From Kondoa subrosea (taxonomy: Eukaryota): a stretch of DNA of 20,000 bases. Position numbers and translations under genes: made by a program. Numbering within the stretch: position 1 is the first letter of the stretch; the number at the start of each line of letters is the position of its first letter. Below the pieces are notes generated by a model. It saw nothing but the letters and a program-made list of their open reading frames with translations, was not told where the DNA came from and made no database searches. This document shows, piece by piece, positions 11,011 to 20,000 of this stretch. The stretch is taken from positions 1,347,363 through 1,367,362 of the forward strand of contig BCIN01000007.1 in NCBI GenBank assembly GCA_039545335.1, read 5' to 3'.

Positions 11011-11976
11011 ATGAGAGCACCTACAGAAGAAGAACAGATTACCTTGTTTGAGAAAGCTTTGAAAGGTTTCTTCGTTCTTCGAGATACGCGAAGACTGTGG
11101 ATTTGCTTATCACTATTATTCAATTTAGCTAGAGAGCGGGCCTATTGTCCTTATTCCAGTCAATACTGTGCCTCTGTGTCTATATACTCTGTCTGATTCT
11201 TGCATAAGACTTTCATGTTGGAGCCGTATGTCTTTTTTTTCCCCGCGTTATCTCTTCCCTTTCGTGTCCTTATCTCTCTCACTATCTTAGTGTCTACTGA
11301 CTGAAGATGGATCATATATAACTGGAGGCAACGTGGAAAACGTCTGTGTTTCTCGATCATGCATTGTATTGAATACACATCTGATTCGTCTGCCAAATCT
11401 GGTTCAGGCTGCTTATTCGCCGGGCATGTGCGCAGAACGATCCGCAATAGGAAGAGCTTTCGTACGTTTTCTGCTGTTCCTTCCGTCTTACTTGTATAAT
11501 CTTGATATTCTCATGCGCGTTACAGGCGGAAGGTCAGACCAAATTCTTGGCTGTTTCAGTTGCAGCAGATACGGATGGTAAGTGTTTCATCTGTCTCTTG
11601 ATGCCATGCTGATTGACTATTCATGCAGGCCCGACTTCTCCTTGGTATGCTTTCGAATCACTGAAGTGCCAAGTTTCAAATTGATTGAGAACCAATAGTG
11701 GTGTTTGTCGACAAGTGCTTCGCGAGNTCTGTTCGCTTGAGGTGCGTCTTGCTTCTCTTTGTGCTGGATGACTTTTGACTCGATGGAAAATTGGAACAGA
11801 CACCGATTTATATGGTACATTCGAGTTGGACAAAAGATTCAAAGAATAAGGTCGATATCCGAACATTAGGAGAATTGTTGCCCATGTCTTTTGGTCGTGC
11901 GCGTCAAAGATGTTCTGCAGTCCATTGCTAATGATATACTTCTGGCTGATTTACAGCTGATTCGCTCAACAAATAA
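11011..11976 (+). CDS. CDD1: Homotetrameric cytidine deaminase, ~144 aa (10 exons)
   Basis: Exons 11011-11065, 11129-11158, 11209-11225, 11291-11341, 11408-11461, 11526-11577, 11629-11644, 11699-11741, 11800-11896, 11957-11976 (435 nt). Motifs AYCPYSNFHVGA, GGNVENAAY, CAERSA (Zn ligand and catalytic Glu), SPCGVCRQVLRE, ELLPMSFGP. The N at 11727 is most likely T (Phe of REF). Confidence 0.93.
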
Positions 11977-12098
11977 TGTTGTGCGCGCGATTCAGGAGTA
12001 CAAGAAGAGAATGTAGACAACAGTTTGGTGAGGGGCAATTGCTGCAGTAGGCAGATAGCAGCAACTGCGAGCATAGCCGTATATGACAGCCAGTAGAT

Positions 12099-12562
12099 AT
12101 GTCGGAGCGTTCATGCCCAACGATTAATTGCAAGAACTGCCTCTCGGCAGAACTGATGGGCGTCACGGTATTCCTCTATGATCAAAGAGAGGTCTGGAAT
12201 TTGCTTCTGTTTGTCCCTCGACCGCCGTATTCAGTATCCAGTAGAACATAGCCCCTTGCCCTGGTGATCGTAGACCACTCAAGGTTTCCTGCAAGACTCT
12301 TCAGCGAATCCTGCAACTTCATCCCCAAAATAACTTCATACTGCTAGCTTCTGGCAAGATTATACCTTCAGATTCAGACTTGATCAAGGCGTACAATGCT
12401 GCAGTCATGCCTATCTTGGACTATCGAATGGATGGCAAACCCGAATTCGTGCCACCTAGCACCATGGACAAGCAAAAACAAGTGCTTGACAGACACCCAA
12501 GCTGGCATGTCGACTTCATGCATTTGCTAATGATGATTGCGGAGGGAAAGATAACAATGTAA
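12099..12562 (+). CDS. Tentative orphan gene, ~136 aa (2 exons)
   Basis: Exon 12099-12191, 53 nt intron 12192-12244 (GTCTGG..TAG, weak donor, no clear branch point), exon 12245-12562 extending ORF 12380..12562 upstream in frame. No family recognised. Overlaps the left arm of the inverted repeat. Confidence 0.4.
12209..12340 (+). repeat. Left arm of a long-range inverted repeat (partner 19869-20000)
   Basis: 132 nt identical to the reverse complement of 19869-20000 except at 12304 and 12314 (130/132). Confidence 0.95.
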
Positions 12563-12728
12563 AGTACTGAGCAAACGGATGGTATGATGAGAAGCGCAAG
12601 GCGAGGATTCAGAGGGGAAGCGTCCGGTTTTCATGCATTTGCGTCCGAAGTTGTATTTTTATAGATAAGATCTTCATGCGAAAGGAACCAGACAAAGCCT
12701 TCCAAAAACCTCTCGACCTTGTTGACGA

Positions 12729-13898
12729 TCAGAGCAAAGCGAATTCCTCTCTGGCTACCGCAACTCGAGCTTTCCAAACTTTCTTCACTCTCGAAACAAA
12801 ATCAACAAACCCATCTTCCTGAACGATTTCTTCCACCAAACGCTCCAGTTCGGGTTCTGATAAACCACCCTCCGATTCTTTAGCATACAAGACTGATAAG
12901 AGTTCCTGCGACGATGTCGTGTTGCCTGAATTGCGAATGGGCAGCGGTAGGGGAAGGGGAATGGCAGCGGTTTGAGATTCTGCGACTGCTGGAAGAACAG
13001 TGCTGTGTCTTTGAGCAGGAAGCGAAGGAGGAGAAGGTAAATAAGATTTCGGTGAGAGGGTGGAAAGATTGTAAGCCTGTCGAAATTGTGAGGACGGCTG
13101 GAATTGAGTCTGTACAGGTGCCAATCCAGCAGAAAAATTAGGTTGTAAGGTAGCTGTTGTGTTATTACGAAGAGAGGGGATAGAAGAGCCACCGGTGTTC
13201 TTGCATGGCTATATGTGGAAATTGAATTATTTACACTGAAAGGATTGAGAGCATGACTTACTACAAAGTCCTGAATACAGTGAATAAAAGCAGCAGCGTC
13301 TGGGGCAGTAGCGAAGCGAATCTGAAAACGTCTCCAGGCAGCTTGCTGACAAGCGATCATTTCAGTATTTCGCGACAAGCATCGATCATTCTGACGAACC
13401 CCGTTTACTTGAGTAAGGAAACGAAATCCAGCAACGCAGTCTTTGTAAGCACATTTCAAAGGTAACTCATGGCTCTGAGCAGGTTTCGGTGATCCAAAAG
13501 AGTTGAGATCAAGCGATTCATACTCGAAGAGACTTGAGCCATCTTGCCATAGCACTTTGAGCGTGACTGCTAGAGACTGGTGCGATCCAGCGGCGTGTGG
13601 ATCGGCAACAGAACAAGAGTCAAAGGAAAGCGACGCGTAAAGACCTTTCTGCGAGCTGGAAATAGAAGAAAACACAGCGAGAGATCAGACAGAGGAAGAA
13701 TATGAGAAGAAAACAGACAATTCCTGGCACTTGGCTGAGCATGATAGGAGCCTATATATGTAAGCTCACCTGCCAATCCAGAGTTCCTTTGGAATGCGAT
13801 GAAACAAGATCTGGTAGGCCAGCTCGAGACGTTGCTCGACTGTACTTGGTCAAGGCAAAGCTCCTCCGAGAGCTTCTAGCTTGCTGCTGTGAGTGCAT
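12729..13898 (-). CDS. REC114: Rec114-like meiotic double-strand-break factor, ~317 aa (5 exons including a possible 5 nt microexon)
   Basis: Exons 13898-13770, 13723-13719, 13655-13400, 13345-13262, 13208-12729. N-terminal PH-like motifs FALTKYSR..W, ESLDL, AGFRFL, WRRFQIRF..DAAAFI..VPCK, then a disordered linker and the C-terminal helical motif LSEPELERLVEEIVQEDGFVDFVSRVKKVW typical of Rec114. Confidence 0.8.
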
Positions 13899-14041
13899 GA
13901 AACACCTGAAAACGACGACTGGCAGTCTGGATGGTACAGGTCCAAGAGTCCGCTTTGTCTTTTCTTTACGTTATAGCGACGAGAAGCTGATACCAGAGTG
14001 AGCGTAGATACCTGTTCGCTCGCGTGTGACCTGGATGGATC

Positions 14042-17000
14042 ATGTCTTCTCTGCTGCTGCGTCTCTTTCAGTCAGAGCACTTCAACATTTCGCTTGCAAT
14101 ACAATAGTCGGTCTTCCCGCGCCTTACGTGACAGGATCAAGCAGCTGACAGCAGCGCGTCCGTGCTATGTAGTCTCAAGACATATCCTGATCAAATTGGC
14201 GTGACATACTATCTTGTTGCTAGGCTGCAAGAATTCTCGGAGCCTGATGTAGCTTTCTACTGGCCGCAGCTATGGTAAGCCTGTATTATTGAGTATAATC
14301 CAGTGCTAAGCTTCCAAACAGTCATTTGCTGATCACAAGGCCGACCGAAAGTGCAGCGCTCGAAGGCTTTCTCATGCAGAAGTGCGAGCAATCTACACAT
14401 CTAGCTATGCTCGTCAGTGATTACTTCTTGACCTCTGTTGCTTCCATGCTAAAGCGCCGCGACAGTCACTGTGGTATTTGCAAGCTTCTTTGTACGACTT
14501 AGCTAGCACACCCAACACGCCTTCTTTCGCTATTTGTCGCCGAGCTTTCAATCGCGTTCAATCAATTATCTTTTCAGATCTTATTGCACCAGAAGCAAGC
14601 ACTTCTACTTCTTCCTCTCCTTCGGCCAAAACAGCAGCTACTTTAGGTCTAATAGAACGAGAGAAGCTTAAACCACATGCGAATGCTGCGTTTCTTGGAC
14701 TAGGAGTGCTAGCTGCAGCAATAGCTTTACCTTCCGTAGCAAAAGATTCTGGTCAAATGGCTATACAGCAGGGAAGAAAAGTATTGCTCGACGATCAAGG
14801 CAGACCAGCCATAGCTGCTCCTCAAGAGGAGCGAGAAAGTAGTGGAAGTGAAGATGAGACAGAAGCGCCTGTATCTGCATCAACATCGAGATTGAGTCTC
14901 TCTACTTCGTCTAGACCGCCGCCTCCCTCAGTTAATGGGTCGCTTTCGAGAAGTCTAAGCAAAAGTACGAAAAGCCCAAGGTCCAGAAGCACGTCAGAGA
15001 AGAAAGGTACTCCGTCCTTCATGCCGGGAGAACGCTTGGAAGTCAGTCCGACTGCACCAACATTTTCAAAAGATCTGCAACCAACACGGACTATGCCTGC
15101 GCCTGTTCGCAAGCTCGCGCAATCGACAAGTTTATCACACCTACCATATCGTCCTTCTCCAAGTTCTCGCTTTCCAGCATCTCCGTTGGCTGCAAGTCGG
15201 ATATCTGAAAGTCCTCCTTCTTCTCCTCCTAGCTCTTTCCGATCTGTTTCAGGCCGAAAAGTTTCTGCCTCGCGCTTCAACTCTCCGTCCGAAAGTGTAT
15301 TGCCAATACACTCCCAATCTGTCTCGGTTCCGTCCTTATCCCAATCTTATGCAGCTTCTACCGCCAATCTTTCCAACGGCACTCAACCTTCAAGCATGGA
15401 CCTAGAGCGACTCTCTCAGTCTATGCCCAAAGAACTTCTTGTTAATCTACTCAGATCACATGCCTGCAGAGCGCAATTAGATCTTCTCACCTCACTACAA
15501 GATATCTCAACTCGTTTGGTCAGTGTTCCAAAAATGGCTCGCATTAGTGCGCTAAGAGCGGAACTGACTGTACTCAACCATGGACTACCGAGAGGATGCT
15601 GCTTGGGTATGTTCTGTCCTGGCGAATCTTCACCTTCGAATATAGAAAAGGGGAAGAAAACCTTCAAACCACATCATAGAATAGTCCGAATCTCACCATC
15701 GGAATCTGTGGTTCTTAATTCAGCCGATCGAGCTCCTTTCCTGATACATGTTGAAGTATTGGAGGGCGATTTAGATTTCGATCCCACTCGAAGACAAAAC
15801 ACCGAAGACCTTAGAATAGTTCTGGCTGATAGAGAAAGCGCTGTAGCCAAAGCTTCTTATCGTTCTGCTCCAAGTACAATTTCTTCCAAGACTTCAATAC
15901 CTCATACAAAAGCAATAAATAAGGCTGCCATCCCTATAAGACATTCAAAGGAAAGCATCCGCAGCCAATCTCTTTCATTTGCTCCGTCGCCGCAAACGAA
16001 TGCTACCGCGTCAATAACTTCGAAAATAGCAGAACCGGAAGAGATGGACATGGTCGAGCAGATGTTTGGAGACACTTCTGTTCGCGATACACCTATGGTG
16101 GACGAATCCCATTTCAGCCCTCCTGTAATCCACAATCGATCAGTGGATGAACAAGCTTGGACTCGACCTTCCTCTTCACCAGCTTCCCCTACGCTGGAAA
16201 AAGATTCCATTACCGTATCGAATGGATCGGCAGAAGAGCGGAAACCTATTACTCTCGATGAATATGCTGAAAGAATGAGGATGGCAGCTATAATGCTTTC
16301 CCAACTCAACGCATCTCAGCAAACACCTCTAGGAATGGTTCAGAACGCCACAGGTGCAGCGGGTGGTTTAGTAAATGCTGGAATAGGTCTAGGAGTTGGA
16401 TTGGGTGGAGCTGTTGGTTATGGTCTGGAAGCTGTGCGAGGCGTCTTGCCATTTGCTGGCGGCAAACAAAGCAGTATACCAGGTCAAGGTTCCGCAGGAT
16501 TGGCCGCACCGCTCGATACTGCTTCTGCAAACACTGGTCTTTCTGCTTTCTCTGGTTCTCCCAGTCCAAATTCTCCTCCGGCTGTAGCTCTTCCCGCCAC
16601 AAATCCAGCTCAACTTGCCGCTGCTAGACAAAGAGTCCTGCCTCCGAACGAAGCTGCAGCAATAAGAGAAAGGATCATGACGGAGATGATGGCTCTAGAA
16701 GAAGAGCGCATGGAGAGAATGCGAGCGGATAGTCGAGCTAGATCATCAGGCTGGACTGTCAATGGTCCAACGCGGTCCAATACACCACAAGCACTGACTG
16801 CAGCTGGAATAGAAGACGAAGGCATAGTGATGAGCGTCGTCAATAAGGAAGATCCTTCTGGGGCCGTCTTCAGCGAATCTTGGGCCGAAAAGCGAACACG
16901 GATTAGATCATCTAGCCCCTATGGTCATTTAGCGAATTGGGAGGTCCTTTCAGTCATTGTCAAAACTGGTACAGATCTTAGGCAAGAACAACTCGCAACT

Positions 17001-17963
17001 CAGCTAATACAAGAGTTTGGCAAAATTTGGTCAGAAGTCAAGTGCCCACATTGGGTTCGGTAGTAAGTCTCGTTCATTGGTATTAAGTATGATTGCTCAT
17101 ATCTACCTTTAGCTTCAAGATGCTTGTAACATCAGAAAGCACAGGCCTTATTGAAACCATTACCGATGCTGTGTCGGTTCACTCCATCAAGAAAGACGCC
17201 TACGCCAGAGCTGCTCAGGCAAACAATAGCTTCGTATCTTTCACTCTATACGATCACTTCATCGAGAAATTCGGTAATCCGGATAGCAGCACTTTCCGTC
17301 GCGCGCAAGATGCCTTTATGAGGTCTCTCGCATCTTACTCCATTATTTGCTATGTCCTCCAGATCAAAGACCGACACAATGGTAACATACTGATTGACAA
17401 GCAAGGTCACATCATACGTACGTGCCCTTTTGAATGTGGAGGGCTTGACTGAATCCCGACGCAGACATCGACTTTGGGTTTTTATTGTCAAATTCTCCTG
17501 GTCAATTGGGTTTCGAGATGGCTCCCTTCAAGTTGCCTCAAGAGTATATCGACATTCTTGGTGGAATGGAAAGCCAGAAATACGCCGAGTTCCGCTTGTT
17601 ACTTCGCAAATCTTTCTGGGATGTGCGGAAACATGCGGAGCGCATTATTATGATTGTCGAGCTAATGCAGAAAGGTCAGTCACTGATTTCTCGCACAATG
17701 ACTTATTTGACGTGGCGTTAGACTCCAAACTCCCTTGCTTCGCTTGGGGAGAACAGACAGTCAAGGCTCTGAGAGATCGCTTTCAACTCGGTCTCACCCA
17801 ACCTCAGTGCGACGAATTCGTTGACCGCCTGCTTGAAAGTTCAGCTTTGTCAGTTATTACCAGGTTATATGATATGTTTCAATGTGAGTTCGAGCACTGG
17901 CATCTTCTTCGCCAATTGCTCACCACAACTACAAATACAGTTCGTTCTCAGGGCATCTTGTAG
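14042..17963 (+). CDS. PIK1: Phosphatidylinositol 4-kinase Pik1 (type III beta), ~1184 aa (8 exons)
   Basis: Exons 14042-14106, 14173-14274, 14322-14412, 14466-17062, 17113-17417, 17465-17674, 17722-17883, 17941-17963. N-terminal LLLRLFQSEHF..FYWPQLCHLL, VVLNSADRAPFLI, EDPSGAVFSESWAEK, IVKTGTDLRQEQLA, catalytic QIKDRHNGNIL and HIDFG, FEMAPFKL, C-terminal LYDMFQFRSQGIL*. Confidence 0.96.
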
Positions 17964-17981
17964 GGCATCTCGTAGGGCATC
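17950..17981 (+). repeat. 12 nt tandem repeat (about 2.7 copies) spanning the PIK1 stop codon
   Basis: agggcatcttgt agggcatctcgt agggcatc. Confidence 0.85.
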
Positions 17982-18227
17982 AGCTTGCAAAGCAAAGGGC
18001 GTCGTTCTGACATTGTACACAATTGCATTTCCAAATACAACATGGCATGATATCATCTTCACGAGTACTTTCTCATGCCGACCTAGATTGCAGAACCTCG
18101 GACAGAGCGACAACCAAATTAGGGAGCGTTTACAAAATCATGCATAAATATTAGCTTAATCATTATCGACAACGACATAAAGAGTCCATGTATCTCCTTT
18201 TTCTCTCTCTTCAGCTCCTGTTCTTTA

Positions 18228-19670
18228 TCACTCTGTCCTGCTTCTTTTATAGCTCCCATCCGATCCTTGTCCGTCATCGTCGTCTTCTTGACCTCTTTCG
18301 CGCTTCATGTCATTGTTTGGTAAAGAGAAATTGTAACTAGGCCAAGAAAATGGTTCTGATTGAGCTGCTGGACTACTAGCTTGATTACCTCCTCCTCCTC
18401 CGTTATAGTTCAGACCGTTGCCGTTGAGGAAATTAGCGAGCTGATCATCTTGTCCGTTCTATATCACAAAATCAGATTGTGCCAGGAAAGCAGAATCAAG
18501 CAAATTTACCATAGTGTTAGCGTAATCTGTATTGTTTCGTTCATTTAACATGTCCGGCATGCTTGCAGAGCGGTTGCTGTAATGGTTGGCAGCAGGAGTA
18601 GGCGGATTAGTAGATGGACTTGATCTGTTATCAGAAGCATAAGGATTATGTTGTTGCTGCTGCTGTTGTTGTGACTGTTGTTGTTGTTGCTGGTGCTGCT
18701 GCTGTTGAGGGAAAAGAGGCATTGACTGCGATGTAGGTAAAGCGAAACGAGAATAATCAAAGGCCGGGATAGGCTGGGATTGGGACATTGACAATTGGTT
18801 GAACTGCATCATTCTTTGCTGAGCTGCTAAAGCAGCTTGAATTTGAGGGTTGTTGGCCATTAATTGTTGGGATAAAGCGAACAGTTGAGCTCCAGCGGCA
18901 TTCGGGTCCACTTGACCATTGAACGTAGGCAGAGTAGGTAATCCAAAAGCAGATTGCTGGTTGAGCATGGAAAGCAGAGGATGCGTTTGTGCTGCTTGAC
19001 TGTAAGCTGCAGTGATCAGAGACGGATAAGGATTTTGATATGCCTGAGGTTGAGCAATAGCAGGTGAAGGTAGAGGCAGTGCAGAGACTTGACCAGAAGC
19101 TCTGCGTTCGCTCATACTGTTTTTGCGCTGTTGCTCATGTTCACTGTTGGAAGCTGATTTCTGAGCCGGCTCTTCTTCACCTTCTTCCTCGTCCTCTTCT
19201 TCATCTTCGTCATCGTCGTCTCCAGCTTTACGTTTGTTTGCTTTGACTCGACCAGAAGTCCGACCTTGAACGCCATTGGCAGGAGCAGAAGCAGTTCCAC
19301 CATAATCAGCAGGACCTTTCTTTTCCGTCACAGTGTCCGAAGGCAACTGCCCACTCGGATTAGTACAAAGCGAAGGACATTAGTTATTCATCTCACGTTT
19401 GTGTAGCGCATCAAAGTGCCATCTATACTTCCAGCGCTTGAAAATCTTAAAATCTCGAATCAGCATCTTCCGTATAAAGAGCGCGGATTCAAGAAGAGCT
19501 CACTCGTAGACTTTCTGGTTGTGACCAAACACAATGACAGCTACTTCAGCACCACAAAGCACACCCAATTCGAAAGCTTTTTTGAAGAGACCAGTTTTCC
19601 TTTTAGTGAAAGTTACGAGTTTGTTGCGTGGGTCTTGGATAGGTGCGATCTCAATCTTTCTGCGACCCAT
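18228..19670 (-). CDS. RLM1: MEF2-type MADS-box transcription factor (Rlm1/Smp1-like), ~427 aa (4 exons)
   Basis: Exons 19670-19504, 19445-19397, 19346-18510, 18458-18228. MADS box [48 protein letters not shown] (missing from the ORF track), MEF2 extension [17 protein letters not shown], acidic and polyQ regions, FSWP motif and a C-terminal KR..KRSR. Family is secure; orthology to RLM1 is inferred. Confidence 0.9.
18649..18707 (-). repeat. CAG/CAA microsatellite encoding polyQ in the MADS-box gene
   Basis: (tgt/tgc)n on the plus strand, encoding [20 protein letters not shown]. Confidence 0.85.
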
Positions 19671-19868
19671 GTTGAAGTTGCAAGTATTGCTGAGAAGGAA
19701 ATTGCAATGACCAAATCGAAAAGTATGCGAGCGGGATCAAATGTGGATGTAGAAAGCCGTACAGTGCTACTCCGAGCCTTTAGCACTCTTGTATGCCTCT
19801 TTTCGGGCATTCTAGAGCTCACCTTGACCTTCCAATCACTCAAATACAAACTTTGCCCGAAATAGCGA

Positions 19869-20000
19869 TATGAAGTTATTTTGGGGATGAAGTTACAGGA
19901 TTCGGTGAAGAGTCTTGCAGGAAACCTTGAGTGGTCTACGATCACCAGGGCAAGGGGCTATGTTCTACTGGATACTGAATACGGCGGTCGAGGGACAAAC
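19869..20000 (-). repeat. Right arm of the inverted repeat, in the MADS-box upstream region; truncated by the window end
   Basis: Reverse complement of 12209-12340 with 2 substitutions. The one at 19895 turns CAA into TAA in the orphan-gene frame. The arm begins about 200 nt upstream of the MADS ATG. Confidence 0.95.

Noticed and set aside
11727..11727. Ambiguous base N as a possible frameshift or editing site
   Set aside because: The frame is preserved and T gives the conserved Phe, so it is most likely a sequencing ambiguity.
11966..12562. Pheromone precursor associated with the inverted repeat
   Set aside because: No ORF here ends in a CAAX motif and no tandem peptide repeats were found.
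13633..13638. MCB element ACGCGT
   Set aside because: Lies inside a REC114 coding exon as a single copy, as expected by chance.
14822..16843. Multiple antisense ORFs within PIK1 exon 4 (and similarly within the Sds3-like gene)
   Set aside because: Shadow ORFs caused by codon bias in long coding exons.
19416..19945. ORFs 19416..19865 (+) and 19613..19945 (-)
   Set aside because: Antisense or out-of-frame shadows of the MADS-box exon and its upstream region, with non-ATG starts.

Overview
This is gene-dense eukaryotic DNA from an intron-rich fungus, probably a basidiomycete (inferred from about 50 short 46-73 nt introns and the protein features). The ORF track fragments almost every gene, so exon-intron structures were rebuilt by hand from GT/GC-AG signals and frame continuity. 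From left to right: two small disordered orphan genes (-), ILV6 acetolactate synthase regulatory subunit (-), an Sds3/Dep1-like Rpd3L subunit (-), an intronless DUF1349 gene (-), a secreted Cys-rich protein with a likely GPI anchor (+), centromeric histone CENP-A/Cse4 (-), a 10-exon cytidine deaminase (+), a tentative orphan gene (+), a REC114-like meiotic double-strand-break gene (-), PIK1 PI 4-kinase (+) and a MEF2-type MADS-box transcription factor (-). The most unusual structure is a near-identical inverted repeat: 12209-12340 matches the reverse complement of 19869-20000 at 130/132 nt and runs off the window end. It brackets REC114, PIK1 and the MADS gene, and one arm sits in the MADS upstream region. 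All family assignments come from recognised motifs, not database searches. No rRNA, tRNA, CRISPR array or recognisable transposon was seen.
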